A stretch of DNA of 64,000 nucleotides. It comes from Heterodontus francisci. Lineage: Eukaryota. The number at the start of each line of letters is the position of its first letter. The stretch's first letter is position 1. The notes beneath the pieces were generated by a model. It did no database searches and was not told where the DNA came from. It saw only the letters and a list, made by a program, of their open reading frames with translations. The translations under genes were made by a program, and so were the position numbers. Shown one piece after another: positions 23,411-34,710 of this stretch. Where the stretch lies: NCBI RefSeq assembly GCF_036365525.1, contig NC_090399.1, forward strand, positions 66,210,862 to 66,274,861, in the 5' to 3' direction.

Positions 23411-26400
23411 ATGAAGATAACCATAGCCAGCCTCAACATCAACGGCAGCAGAGGGGCTCACCGCAGATTTCACAATCTCTCAGTCCTTAGGGAAGGGAGA
23501 TACGCGGTGAGCTTTCTGCAGGAAACCCACACCGTTCCGGGAGACGAAGCCACCTGGCTCCTGGAGTGGCAGGGTGGGGTCTACATGAGTCACCTCACCC
23601 CTATTTCTAGTGGGGTGGCTATCTTGTTGGCCCCGACTTTTCAGCCGGAGATCTTGGGGGTCAAGGAGCTCGTGCCGGGCCGCTTGCTCCACCACGCCGT
23701 TTGCCTGGGTAGCGTGCCGCTCCACTTTGTGAACGTGTACGCGCCCAGGCCCGGCGCGTTGCAAGCGCGCTTCTTTGAAGAAGTGTCCGCTCTCTTGAGC
23801 TCCATCGATAGCGGCGAGTGCATCATCCTCGGGGATTTTAACTGCACCCTCGAGGTGGGGGATCGCTCTGGTCCCCAGCGTGGCCAAACGTCGGTGGAGA
23901 AGTTGAGGGGACTGATCAGCTCCCTTAACTTGGTGGACGTCTGGCGGAATCTCCATCCCGACTCCAGCGCCTTCACGTGGAGGTCTGGAGGAGGGGGGTC
24001 GCGAATCGACCGCCTCTCCATTTCGCAGGTGTACGTCTCCCGCATTTCGGCGGCCTCCATGCGGCTGGTGCCGTGCTCGGACCACCGCCTGGTGTGGGCG
24101 GAGTTTACTCCGCGCCGCATGCGGGCGGGGTCCGCGTACTGGCACTTGAACAACCGGCTGCTGGAGGACGTGCGATTTCGGGACTCGTTCTGTCGATTCT
24201 GGGCCGACTGGAGAAGGAAGCAGGGGGGCTTCCCCTCCTTGAGGCTATGGTGGGATGTGGGCAAGACTCACATCCGCGTCTTCTGTCAGGAGTACGCGAA
24301 GGGGTCGACCAAGAGGCGGGAAGCCGAGATCGGGCGCCTTGAGAGGGAGGTGCTCGACTTGGAGTCCCGCCTCGGTCATGCCATCGTGGACCCGGCCCTG
24401 TGGCAGGCGTACAAAGAGAAGAAGGGCGCGCTGAGGGACCTGCAGCTCATAGGGTCCCGAGGCGCGTACGTGAGGTCGTGGATCCAGATCCTGGAAGATT
24501 TGGACCGCGCCTCACCCTTCTTCTACTCGCTGGAATAATGGCGGGGGGTCCGTAAGCAGCTCGTCGAGCTGCTGGCCGACGACGGATCCTCCATCACGGA
24601 TCCGGAGGGAATGGGCCTCCTGGTCCGGACTTATTACAGTGCGTTGTTCTCTCCGGATCCGTCCAGCGAGGATGCGCGCAGAGTTTTGTGGGTGGACCTG
24701 CCGCAGGTCAGCCCGGAGGGCGCCGAAGGATTGGAGGCTCCGCTCACGTTGGCGGAGCTGACTGGCGCCCTCCACCGGCTCTCGAGGGGCAAATCCCCAG
24801 GGCTGGATGGGTTGACCGTGGAGTTCCTCAGGGCGTTCTGGGACGTCCTGGGGGAAAGCCTGGCGACCGGGGAGATGCCCCTCTCGTGGCGCAGGGCGGT
24901 CATCGTCCTGCTGCCGAAGAGGGGCGATCTCCACCTGCTTAAAAACTGGCGTCCTGTCTCCCTCCTCAGCACGGATTATAAGATCTTTGCCCGGGCTATG
25001 TCTACCCGCCTGGGCTCCGTGCTGGCCCACATGATCCACCCCGACCAGTCCTACACGGTCCCGGGCAGGTCCATCCAGGACAACATCCACCTGGTCCGGG
25101 ACCTGATCCATCTTTCCCAGAGGACTGGTCAGTCGGTCGCCTTTCTCTCCCTCGATCAGGAGAAGGCGTTCGACAGGGTGGATCACGATTATCTTTTCGG
25201 GACTCTGCGCGCTTTGGGACTCGGGCCGCATTTCGTGGCCCGGGTCCGACTTTTATGCGCCGCCGCAGAGTGTCTAGTCAAAGTTAACGGGTCCTTGACG
25301 GCGCCCCTTCGATTTGGGAGAGGAGTGCGTCAGGGGTGCCCCATGTCCGGCCAATTGTATACCATCTGCGTGGAGCCCTTCCTGTGCCTGATTCGCAGGA
25401 GGCTGACGGGATTGGCTCTGCGCGTGCTGGCCATGCGGGTCGTCCTCTCGGCTTACGCCGACGACGTGCTCCTCGCAATCACAGATCCCGTTGACTTGCG
25501 GAGGATGCGCGACTGCCAGCAGACCTTTTCTGCCACGTCCTCCGCGAGGATCAATTGGGAGAAATGTTCCGGACTCCTGGTTGGTCAGTGGCGGGTGGAC
25601 TCCCTGCCGGAGGAGATGACACCTTTTGCGTGGAGAACCACGCACCTCCTCTATCTGGGAGTCCACCTTAGCCCCGCTGAGGAAGCCTGGCCGGCAAACT
25701 GGCAGGAGTTGGAGGCGAAAGTCACCGCTCGGCTGGGGCGCTGGACAGGACTGCTCCGAGTGCTTTCCTACAGGGGCCGAGCGTTGGTCATAAACCAACT
25801 GGTGGCCTCCATGCTGTGGTACCGGTTGGTCACTTTGGCCCCGCCCCCTGTATTTGCCACCAAGATCCAGAAGAAACTCGTCGATTTCTTCTGGGGCAAG
25901 AGGAAACACTGGGTCTCTGCCGCGGTCCTGAGTCTCCCGATCGAGGAGGGCGGTCAGTCGCTGGTGTGCGTCCGCACCCCGGCTGCGACTCTCCGCCTTC
26001 GAACCCTGCAGAGATACCTGTACGTCGAGCATCCTCCCAGATGGTGTGCGCTGGCGACGTATTGTTTCCGCCAGTGTCACTGCCTTCAAGACGACACGCA
26101 GCTCCCGGTGGAGTCCGTTAGCCGCGCCTCTCTGAGGAAGTTGCCTGTCTTTTACCGGGATCTATTCCAAGTCTGGAACATGGTCGCCTCCAGTCAGGGC
26201 GCTCCCCCGCCGGCGGAGGAGAGCGCCTCGGCTGTCCGGGCGGCCGACTCCGGGGACGGGTCGGCGGGCGGAGGAGTAGCCGAAACCCCCGGGACGCCCC
26301 TCACTGCAGGTGGCGAGGGGGCTCGGGAGTGCGGAGCAATCCCGGCCGAGCTGACACCCGCTCGGCCGGAACTGCTCATCGGACCCAGGCCCCGAAACCC

Positions 26401-27121
26401 TCCTCGGGAGCCGGTCCCGCACAACCCGAGCCGCCTCTCGGAAATGCCCTCCGTGCCATTCCAATTGGCGCGGAGGAGTTTCCTGTACGGTCTGCTCCTG
26501 CACACTTTCCACTTCCTCGCCCTCATGAGCCGGCCGGACACGCCCTGGCGGTCCGCGTTGCCATCTGGCGGCGAGGGGATACCCCGATGGAGGTCTCTCT
26601 ACGCGGGAGTCTTCCCCCTTTACATCGGGGACCTGGGGTGGAGGGTGCTGCACAGAGCAGTCCCGTGCAATAGGCTTTTAAGTAGGTTCACGGACTCCCA
26701 GGCCACCTGTACTTTCTGCGGCCTGGATGAGTCCGTGTTCCACATTTATACGGAGTGTGCGAGGTTGCAGCCCCTATTTGAGTATCTGAAGGGGCTGCTC
26801 CTCAAATTCTGGCTGCACTTCAGTCCCACGCCCCTGATCTTTGGGCACCCAGTGCGGAGGGGCTTGGGCCGGGAGGAGGATCTCCTCGTCGGTCTGCTCC
26901 TGGGCCTGGCCAAGGTGGCAATTCACAGGTCCAGGTTGCGGGCCGTCGGGGGGTCCGTCCTCCCCGATTGCCTGCCCCTCTTCCGCGGTTATGTTCGCGC
27001 CCGGGTGTCCCTGGAAAAGGAGCATGCGGTGTCCGCCGGCAGGCTTGAGACCTTCCGCGACCGGTGGGCACCGCAGGGACTGGAGTGCATTGTCGACGCC
27101 GAGAATGGCATTTTAATTTGA
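23411..27121 (+). pseudogene. Tx1 ORF2 with one nonsense codon and two in-frame deletions
   Basis: ATG at 23411; TAA at 24536-24538 where copy A has AAA; ILGDF vs ILGGDF; DVLGES vs DVLGDDYARVLGES. Confidence 0.92.
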
Positions 27122-27258
27122 GTTTTTTGTTTATTTATCTGGTTTTAATAAAGTTATTTTAAAAATATAAGTGTGTATATAAAGGGGGCCTGAGGAATAA
27201 AGGCCCCCCTCAACATAAAAAATATATAAAAGGGGCCTGGGGTATAAAGGTCACCTTG

Positions 27259-27397
27259 AAAAAAAAAATGGGGGTTAGAAAAAAAAACGGGGTTAGATAC
27301 AGAGTAAAAAAAAAGAAAAAAAAAAACGGGGTTAGATACAGAGTCAAGCTCCCTCTACACTATCCACATCAAACACTCGCAGGACAGGAAAAAAAAA
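27259..27397 (+). repeat. Second stack of poly(A) and truncated 69-bp target units
   Basis: Units start at 27269, 27288 and 27327 (about 10, 18 and 62 nt), each after an A-run; the final A-run abuts the 5' end of copy C. Confidence 0.9.
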
Positions 27398-30300
27398 CTG
27401 GGATTGGCTCCTCTCTGATTGGGAATACTGAGTGCTGAGTGCCTCAATGAGGTGCAGCTGACAGTGCTGCAGTCAGTTGCTGGAGAGGGAGAGCTGAGGA
27501 GGGAACTGCAAAAAAACCTTTCAACAACTTTTGCTGCAGAGGAGGAAAGACTTTGAAAAAGGCTGTATTTCGAGCACAAAACTTTCATTTCATTTGGACT
27601 GTTGTGGGAGATGAAAGAGGCCAGAAGAACAAGGGGTGGGGGCTATACAATTCTGCAGGGAGCTGTGCAGTTGCACTGAAGTTGCAGGGAAGCTCCCTCC
27701 CCACCTCAATTGCCCAGCCTGAGTCAGCTGAAGCTGCCTGGATAATAGAGACATAAGGATCGAACTAGAGCCTGGGTAGCTTTCGGCTGACCCAGGTGAA
27801 GACCCCTCCCACAACCAGAAGACCGGAAGACCAAAAGTGTTTACAGTGCTCTGAGTACCACCCTTTAAGGGGAAAAAAAGCAAAGTCATCGCTTGCAGCC
27901 TGTCTTTCCCATTTCCTGTATACCCTCAGTCTCTCCCCAAACCTCCTAGTTGGTTTCTTTGTTTGTTTGCTTGCTTGCTTACCTGCAAATTGGGGGTGGG
28001 TTTGGCTCTTGAGCCATGGCAAGCCCATCATCACCGGTGGCGGGGCCTTCTCATACCTATGCGGCTGTAGCCTCTGTGGCCACCCGTGTGACCCCGTCAC
28101 CTTTTAAATTCATTACTTCAAGCCATGGGGTAAAGAGCTAACCCCACCCCAATATGTCTATAGAGGCCTGCGTAAAGGCAATGGCCGAGGTTGTCGGCCC
28201 CTCGGCCATTGTGGCAGCCTCAAAAATGTACGGGAAGGCTGTGTTCTTCCTGAAGACCGAGCGGGCCGTGTCCCTGGCCCTGAGTAAAGGGCTCACTGTG
28301 GGTGAGACTTTCCCGCCGGTGGACCCTCTAGGGGCCACTGCGCAGCGGATAATCTTATCAAACGTCCCGCCCTTTATTCCCAGTGAGCTCCTCCTTCCCC
28401 ACCTGCACCACATGGGGGAGGAGAGGTCGGGGATCACCCCAGTCCGGCTTGGTCTTCGGGAGCACAGCCTCCAACATGTCTACTCCTTCCGCCGCCAGGT
28501 ATTTATGCAGCTGGCGCGGGAGGAGGACTCGGATGGCCAATTTAATGTGGAGTTCCAGGGGACGGTCTACCGCGTCTTTTGGACCTCGGACGGGGCGCGG
28601 TGCCATGTCTGCAAGGGGGTGGGGCATGTTCGTAAGAACTGCCCCAACCTCCCGGTCGCCAGCTCCACCTCGGCAGCCCAGGGTCCTCCCACTCCCCCCA
28701 CACATCCAACAGACACCGCTCAGTCGGTTCCGGAGGCTGTGGTTTTCACAGCCTCCAGCGGGGAGGGGACCGCCCGTCTGAGTGGAAGGAAGACGCGGAG
28801 GCAAAAGAAACATCAAGAGGCGCGTCCCCTGGACACATTGAAACAACCCGAGCCTGAGCTCAGCCCAAAGCCCGTTCTCACGGAATCCACCTGTCCCAGG
28901 GCTGGGCTCAGGCCCAGGGTGACCAAAAAAAAGGAGGGTGCGGAGGCGGAGGCCTCTGATGACATGGAGGTCTCTGAGCCTCTGCGCCCTAGTGTGAAAA
29001 AGAGGTGAAGGCACCCCTCCACAGAGGTAACGAGGGGCCCTGAGGCGCAGGGCCCATCTGTTGGAGGGGAGCTGTCTCCTGTTTCGGGTCCCCAGGTTTC
29101 CCCTACTGCCACCACCAAGGCTACAAAGTCCAGGCAGGAGCTCCCTATTCCTCAGGATGGAGGGGAGGGGAAGGCCCCGGTACTTGAAGCCCCTCCTGAA
29201 GGAGTAAGTTGGGCCCTGCTTGTGGTGGGGGAGCCTGGGGACGCCGCCCATTCTGCCACTGCTACTAGGTCGGGTGCCCTGAGTGAAGGGGAGGGTGAGG
29301 CCGAGGCCCCAGAGGGTCGGCCCTCCCAGCCGGAGTCCACCACCAACATGGAGACACCTGACCCGGTTATAACCAAGAATGCTGCACCATCTGCTGGGCC
29401 TGTGGGTGCTGGTGGAGCTGGAGATGGCCTCCTCTCGCCGCCTCCGGTCTCGGCTCCGGCTGGATTTCCGGAGTCGGGAACTTCTGTCTCCCCTGGACCA
29501 CTCATTGGCCTGGGGACGGAGGTGGAGGGGGGTCCTGAACTGCTGGCGCCCACAGGCTCCAGTTTCACAGTAGAACCCAGAGAGGACTCCTCCGCCATCG
29601 ATCCTGGGGGTGGGATCGTGACGGAGGCAGGGCCAGCTGGCGCGGCTGGGACATCCGCCCCACAGTGTGTGGTGGATGTGTCGGCCACTGGCGGTGACGA
29701 TCCGGAGAAGGATGGGGATTCGGTGCGGGGCACGGAGGATGATCTTGATTCCATCGCCAGTGAGGTGATGGAGTCCCTCGTGCCTCCCACCGAATCTCCT
29801 CTCATCCCCACGGCGGAACTCCGGGATTTCCTCGCGGCTTGCAGGGGTTGCCGCAATAAAGTTCAGCTGGCCCTCGACCGTTGGTTGAATCTGGCGCTGA
29901 TCATCCAGTCCGTCCGTGCCGCCCTTAAGATAGCGGGCAAGCGCGCAGACGTGAAACTGGTTGAGAGGCGCCGTTTTAATGTGTTCCTCAATGGGTTGCT
30001 GTGGGAGTGGAAGGCCAGGTGCACTTCCACTCCCTCCTCACAGTGAGGTGTTGGTGACGGGTTTTAAGTACCTTTGACATGAAGATAACCATAGCCAGCC
30101 TCAACATCAACGGCAGCAGGGGGTCTCACCGCAGATTTCACAATCTCTCAGTCCTTGGGGAAGGGAGATACGCGGTGAGCTTTCTGCAGGAAACCCACAC
30201 CGTTCCGGGAGACGAAGCCACCTGGCTCCTGGAGCGGCAGGGTGCAGCCCTTCTTTGAATATTTAAAGGGGTTGCCCCTCAAGCTTTGGCTGCACTTCAG

Positions 30301-30460
30301 CCCCACGCTCCTGATCTTTCAGCACCTGGTGTGAAGGGGGGTGTGTCAGGAGGAGGATCTCCTCGTCAGTCTGCTCCAGGGCCTGGCCAAGGTGGCAATT
30401 CACGGGTCCAGGTAGTGGGCAGTTGGGGAGTCCGTTTGACTTATTGCCTGCCCCTTTTCT
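27398..30460 (+). mobile_element. Tx1-clade copy C: 5' UTR, disrupted ORF1, start of ORF2 joined to a diverged ORF2 C-terminal fragment
   Basis: ORF1 ATG 28016, frameshift ~28103, TGA 29006, end 30046; ORF2 ATG 30079 breaks at ~30243 into a ...QPFFEYLKG.. region. Confidence 0.9.
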
Positions 30461-30462
30461 GA

Positions 30463-30885
30463 GCATACGAAGATACGAATTAGGAGCAGGAGTAGGCCAC
30501 TCGGCCGTTCGAGCCTGCTCTGCCATTCAATAAGTTCATGGCTGAACTGATTACTCCACATTTCCACCCAGCCCCAATAACTTTCCACCCCTTTGCTTAT
30601 CAAGAATCTATCTACCTCTGTCTTAAACATATTCAAAGACTCTGCTTCTACCGCCTTTTGAGGAAGAGAATTCCAAAGACTTACGATCTTCTGAGAGAAA
30701 AAATTTCTCCTCATCTCTGTCTTAAATGGGCAACCCCTTATTTTTAAACAGTGACTCCTAGTCCTAGATTCTCCTATAAGGGGAAACATCCTTTCCACAT
30801 CCACCCTGTCAAGATCCCTCAGGATCTTATATGTTTCAATCAAGTCACCTCTTACTCTTCTAAACTCCAGCAGATACAAGCCTAG
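30463..30885 (-). mobile_element. CR1 LINE 3' end
   Basis: LEFRRVRGDLIETYKIL...RRNFFSQ on the minus strand plus tail. Confidence 0.85.
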
Positions 30886-32990
30886 CCAAAGGTATCCAAA
30901 CCATGGCTTACAAGGGAGATTAGAGATAGCATTAGATCCAAGGAAGAGGCATATAAATTCACCAGGAAAAAACAACAGACCTGAGGATTGGGAGCAGTTT
31001 AGAATTCAACAAAGGAGGACCAAGGGATTGATTAAGAAGGGGAAAACAGAGTACGAGGGCAAGCTTGCGGGGAACATAAAAACTGATTGTAAAAGTTTCT
31101 ACAGGTGTGTGAAGAGACAAAGATTGGTGAAGACAAATGTAGGTCCCTTACAGTCAGAAACAGGGGAATTTATTATGGAGAACAAAGAAATGGCCGACCA
31201 ACTAAAGGCATACTTTGGTTCTGTCTTCACAAAGGAGGACACAAATGTCATACCAGAAATGTTGGGGAACAGAGGGTTTAGTGAGAGAGAGGAACTGAAG
31301 GAAATCAGTCATGGTACAGAAATGGTATTGGGGAAATTGATGGGATTGAAGGCCGATAAATCCCCAGGGCCTGATGGTCTGCATCCCAGAGCACTTAAGG
31401 AAGTGGCCCTAGAAATAGTGGATGCATTGGTGGTCATCTTCCAAGATTCTATAGACTCTGGAACAGTTCTTACAGATTGGAGGGTAGCTAATGTAACCCC
31501 ACTACTTAAAAAGGGAGGTAGAGAGAAGGCAGGGAATTATAGACCAGTCAGCCTGACGTCGGTAATGGGGAAAATTCTAGAGTCCATTATCAAAGATTTT
31601 ATAGCAGAGCACATGGAGAACAGTGGTAGAATCAGACAGAGTCAGCATGGATTTACGAAAGGGAAATCATGCTTGACAAATCTACGAGAATTCTTTGAGG
31701 ATGTAACTAATAGAGTTGATGAGGGGGAGCCAGTGGATGTGGTTTATTTGGACTTTCAGAAGGCTTTCGACAAAGTCCCACATAAGAGATTAGCATGTAA
31801 AATTAAAACGTATGGGATTGGGGGTAGTGTATTGCGATGGATAGAAAATTGGTTGGCAGACAGGAAACAAAAAGTAGGGATAAATGGGTCTTTTTCCGAA
31901 TGTCAGGCAGTGACCAGTGAGATACCGCAGGGATTGGTGCTAGGACCCCAGCTATTCACAATATACATTAATGATTTAGATGAGGGAACTAAATGTAATA
32001 TCTCCAAATTTGCAGATGACACAAAACTGGGTGGGAGGGTGAGTTGTGAGGAGGATGCAGAGAGGCTTCAGGGTGATTTGGACAAGTTGAGTGAGTGGGC
32101 AAATGCATGGCAGATGCAGTATAATGTAGATAAATGTGAGGTTATCCACTTTGGTAGCAAAAACAGGAAGGCAGATTATTATCTGAAAGGTTATAAACTG
32201 AGAGAGGGGACTGTGCAATGAGACCTGGGTGTTCTCGTACACCAGTCGCTGAAGGTAAGCATGCAGGTGCAACAGGTGGTAAAAAAGGCAAATGGTATTA
32301 GGTAGACAGGTCAGGTGTCTTTAATGCATCAGTGCAGACTCGATGGGCCGAAGGGCCTCTTCTGCACCGAATTATTCTGTGATTCCGTGGTATGTTGGCC
32401 TTCATAGTGAGACGATTTGAGTACAGGAGCAGGGATGTCTTGCTGCATTTATACAGGGCCTTGGTGAGGCCACACCTGGAATATTGTGTGCAGTTTTGGT
32501 CTCCTCATCTGAGGAAGGAGGTTCTTGCTATAGAGGGAGTGCAGCGAAGGTTTACCAGACTGATTCCTGGGATGGCGGGACTGACATATGAGGAGAGATT
32601 GAGTCGGTTAGGATTATATTCGCTGGAGTTCGGAAGAGTGGGGGGAGATCTCATAGAAACCTATAAAATTCTAACAGGACTTGACAGAGTAAATGCAGGA
32701 AGGATGTTCCCGATGGTGGGGGAGTCCAGAACCAGGGGTCATAGTCTAAGGATATGGGGTAAACCTTTCAGGATTGAGATGAGGAGAAATTTCTTCACCC
32801 AGAGAGTGGTGAGCCTGTGGAATTCGCTACCACAGAAAGCAGTTGAGGCCAAAACATTGTATGTTTTCAAGAAGGAGTTAGATATAGCTCTTGGGTTTAA
32901 AGGGATCAAAGGATATGGGGGGAAAGCGGGAACAGGTTACTGAGTTGGATGATCAGCCATGATCATAATGAATGGCGGAGCAGGCTCAAA
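30886..32990 (+). mobile_element. Young 5'-truncated CR1 LINE (RT), same family as 2103-3480
   Basis: 397-aa and 183-aa RT ORFs (NYRPVSLTS, KFADDTKL); 89-bp CR1-tail insert at 32299-32387 flanked by a TGGTAT duplication. Confidence 0.92.
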
Positions 32991-33685
32991 AGCGTACAGG
33001 TCCACAGGTCACTGAAAGTGGCAACGCAGGTGGTTAAGGTAGTCAAGAAGGCATACGGCACGCTTGCCTTCATCGGTCGGGGCATAGAGTATAAAAATTG
33101 GCAAGTCATGCTGCAGCTGTACAGAACTTTAGTCAGGCCACACTTAGAATATTGCGTGCAATTCTGGTCACCACACTACCAGAAGGACGTGGAGGCTTTG
33201 GAGAGGGTACAGAGGAGGTTTACCAGGGTGTTGCCTGGTCTGGAGGGCATTAGCTATGAGGAGAGGTTGGATAAACTCGGATTGTTTTCACTGTAACGAC
33301 GGAGGTGGAGGGGCGACATGATAGAGGTTTACAAAGTTATGAGTGGCATGGACAGAGTGGATAGTCAGAAGATTTTTCCCAGGGTGGAAGAGTCAGTTAC
33401 TAGGGGACATAGGTTTAAGGTGAGAGGGACAAAGTTTAGAGGGGATGTGCGAGGCAAGTTCTTTACACAGAGGATGGTGAGTGCCTGGAACTTGCTGCCG
33501 GGGGAGGTGGTGGAAGCAGGTACGATAGCGACTTTTAAGAGGCATCTTGACAAATACATGAATGGGATGGGAATAGAGGGATATGGTCCCCGGAAGTGCA
33601 GAAGGTTTTAGTTTAGGCAGGCATCAAGATTGGCGCAGACTTAGAGGGCCAAATGACCTGTTCCTGTTCTGTTCTTTGTTGTTTG
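32991..33685 (+). mobile_element. CR1 LINE 3' part, same family as 9549-10625
   Basis: [19 protein letters not shown]; near-identical to the reverse complement of 9549-10240. Confidence 0.9.
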
Positions 33686-33989
33686 TTTAAACAAGCCTTT
33701 CCAGGAAACCACCTGACTTCCAACTCAATAAACAGAGAACTTTGGACACCTGGAGAAATTGTTTACAAAGAAGTGACAGGTCAAGATTGATGGAGGTCGA
33801 AAGGTTGACCTCCTGTTATCGGTTTTGCTTTTGATTTGTTTTGAGTTGGGGTTGAACTGTATAAAAAGGGAGAGAACTTCCAAGAAGAGAACTTCCAAGG
33901 AAAGAAGAGAATTCCCAAGAAAGGAGAGAAGACCAGAACCCAGCTCAGCTTTCCAGCACCTCTTAAAAGACTCTGAGAAGTCTACTGTG

Positions 33990-34710
33990 TTCTTTTTTTA
34001 TTCGTTCAAGGGATATGGACATCACTGACCAGGCCAACATTTATTACCCATCCCTAATTTCCCTTGAGAAAGTGATAGTGAGCTGCCATATTGAACTGCT
34101 GCAGTCCTTGGGCTTTCAGTATACCAACTGTGAGGAAGTTTCAGGATTTTGACCCAGTGACAGTAAAAGAACAGTGATATAGTTCCAAGTCAGGATGTTG
34201 TATGACTTGGAGGGGGATCTTGCAGGTGATGGTGTGCCTATGCATCTACTGCCCTTGTCCTTCCAGGTGGTAGAGGTTATGGGTTTGGAAGGTGCTAGGA
34301 AGCCTTGGTGCATTGCTGCAGTGCATCTTGCAGATAGTACACACTACTGCCACTGTACATCAGCGGTGAAGGGAATGTTTGTAGATGGGGTGCCAATCAA
34401 GCAGATTGCTTTGTTCTGGATGGTGTCGAGCTTCTTGAGTGTTGTTGGAGCTGCACCCATCCAGGCAAGTGGAGATTATTCCATCACACTCCTGACTTGT
34501 GTCTTGCAGACAGTGGACAGGCTTTGGGGAGTCAGGAGGTGAGTTACTCGCCACAGGATTCCTAGACTCTGACCTGCTCTTGTAGCCATTTATATGGCTG
34601 GTCCAGTTCAGTTTCTGGTCAATGGTAACCCCCAGGATGTTGATAGTGGGGGATTCAGCTATCATGCTGTAATGCCATTGGATGTCAAGGAGAGATGGTT
34701 AGATTCTCTC
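33990..34710 (-). mobile_element. Older CR1-family LINE fragment (probably continues at 36700-37045)
   Basis: INILGVTIDQKLNWTSHI on the minus strand; 36700-36940 carries the GVPQGSVLGP and ADD region. Confidence 0.7.

Larger units (their letters stand above)
20639..27268 (+). mobile_element. Full-length Tx1-clade non-LTR retrotransposon (copy B)
   Basis: Same architecture as copy A; ORF2 nearly identical, 5' UTR divergent. Confidence 0.93.

Noticed and set aside
16563-27121. GC/CpG-rich block as bacterial contamination or a retron/group II intron RT
   Set aside because: APE-RT-CCHC architecture, ORF1, poly(A) tails and clean junctions with shark repeats identify L1/Tx1-type LINEs
14971-29856. 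Long antisense and alternative-frame ORFs over the Tx1 copies
   Set aside because: Expected in GC-rich coding DNA; their boundaries differ between copies and they have no recognisable domains
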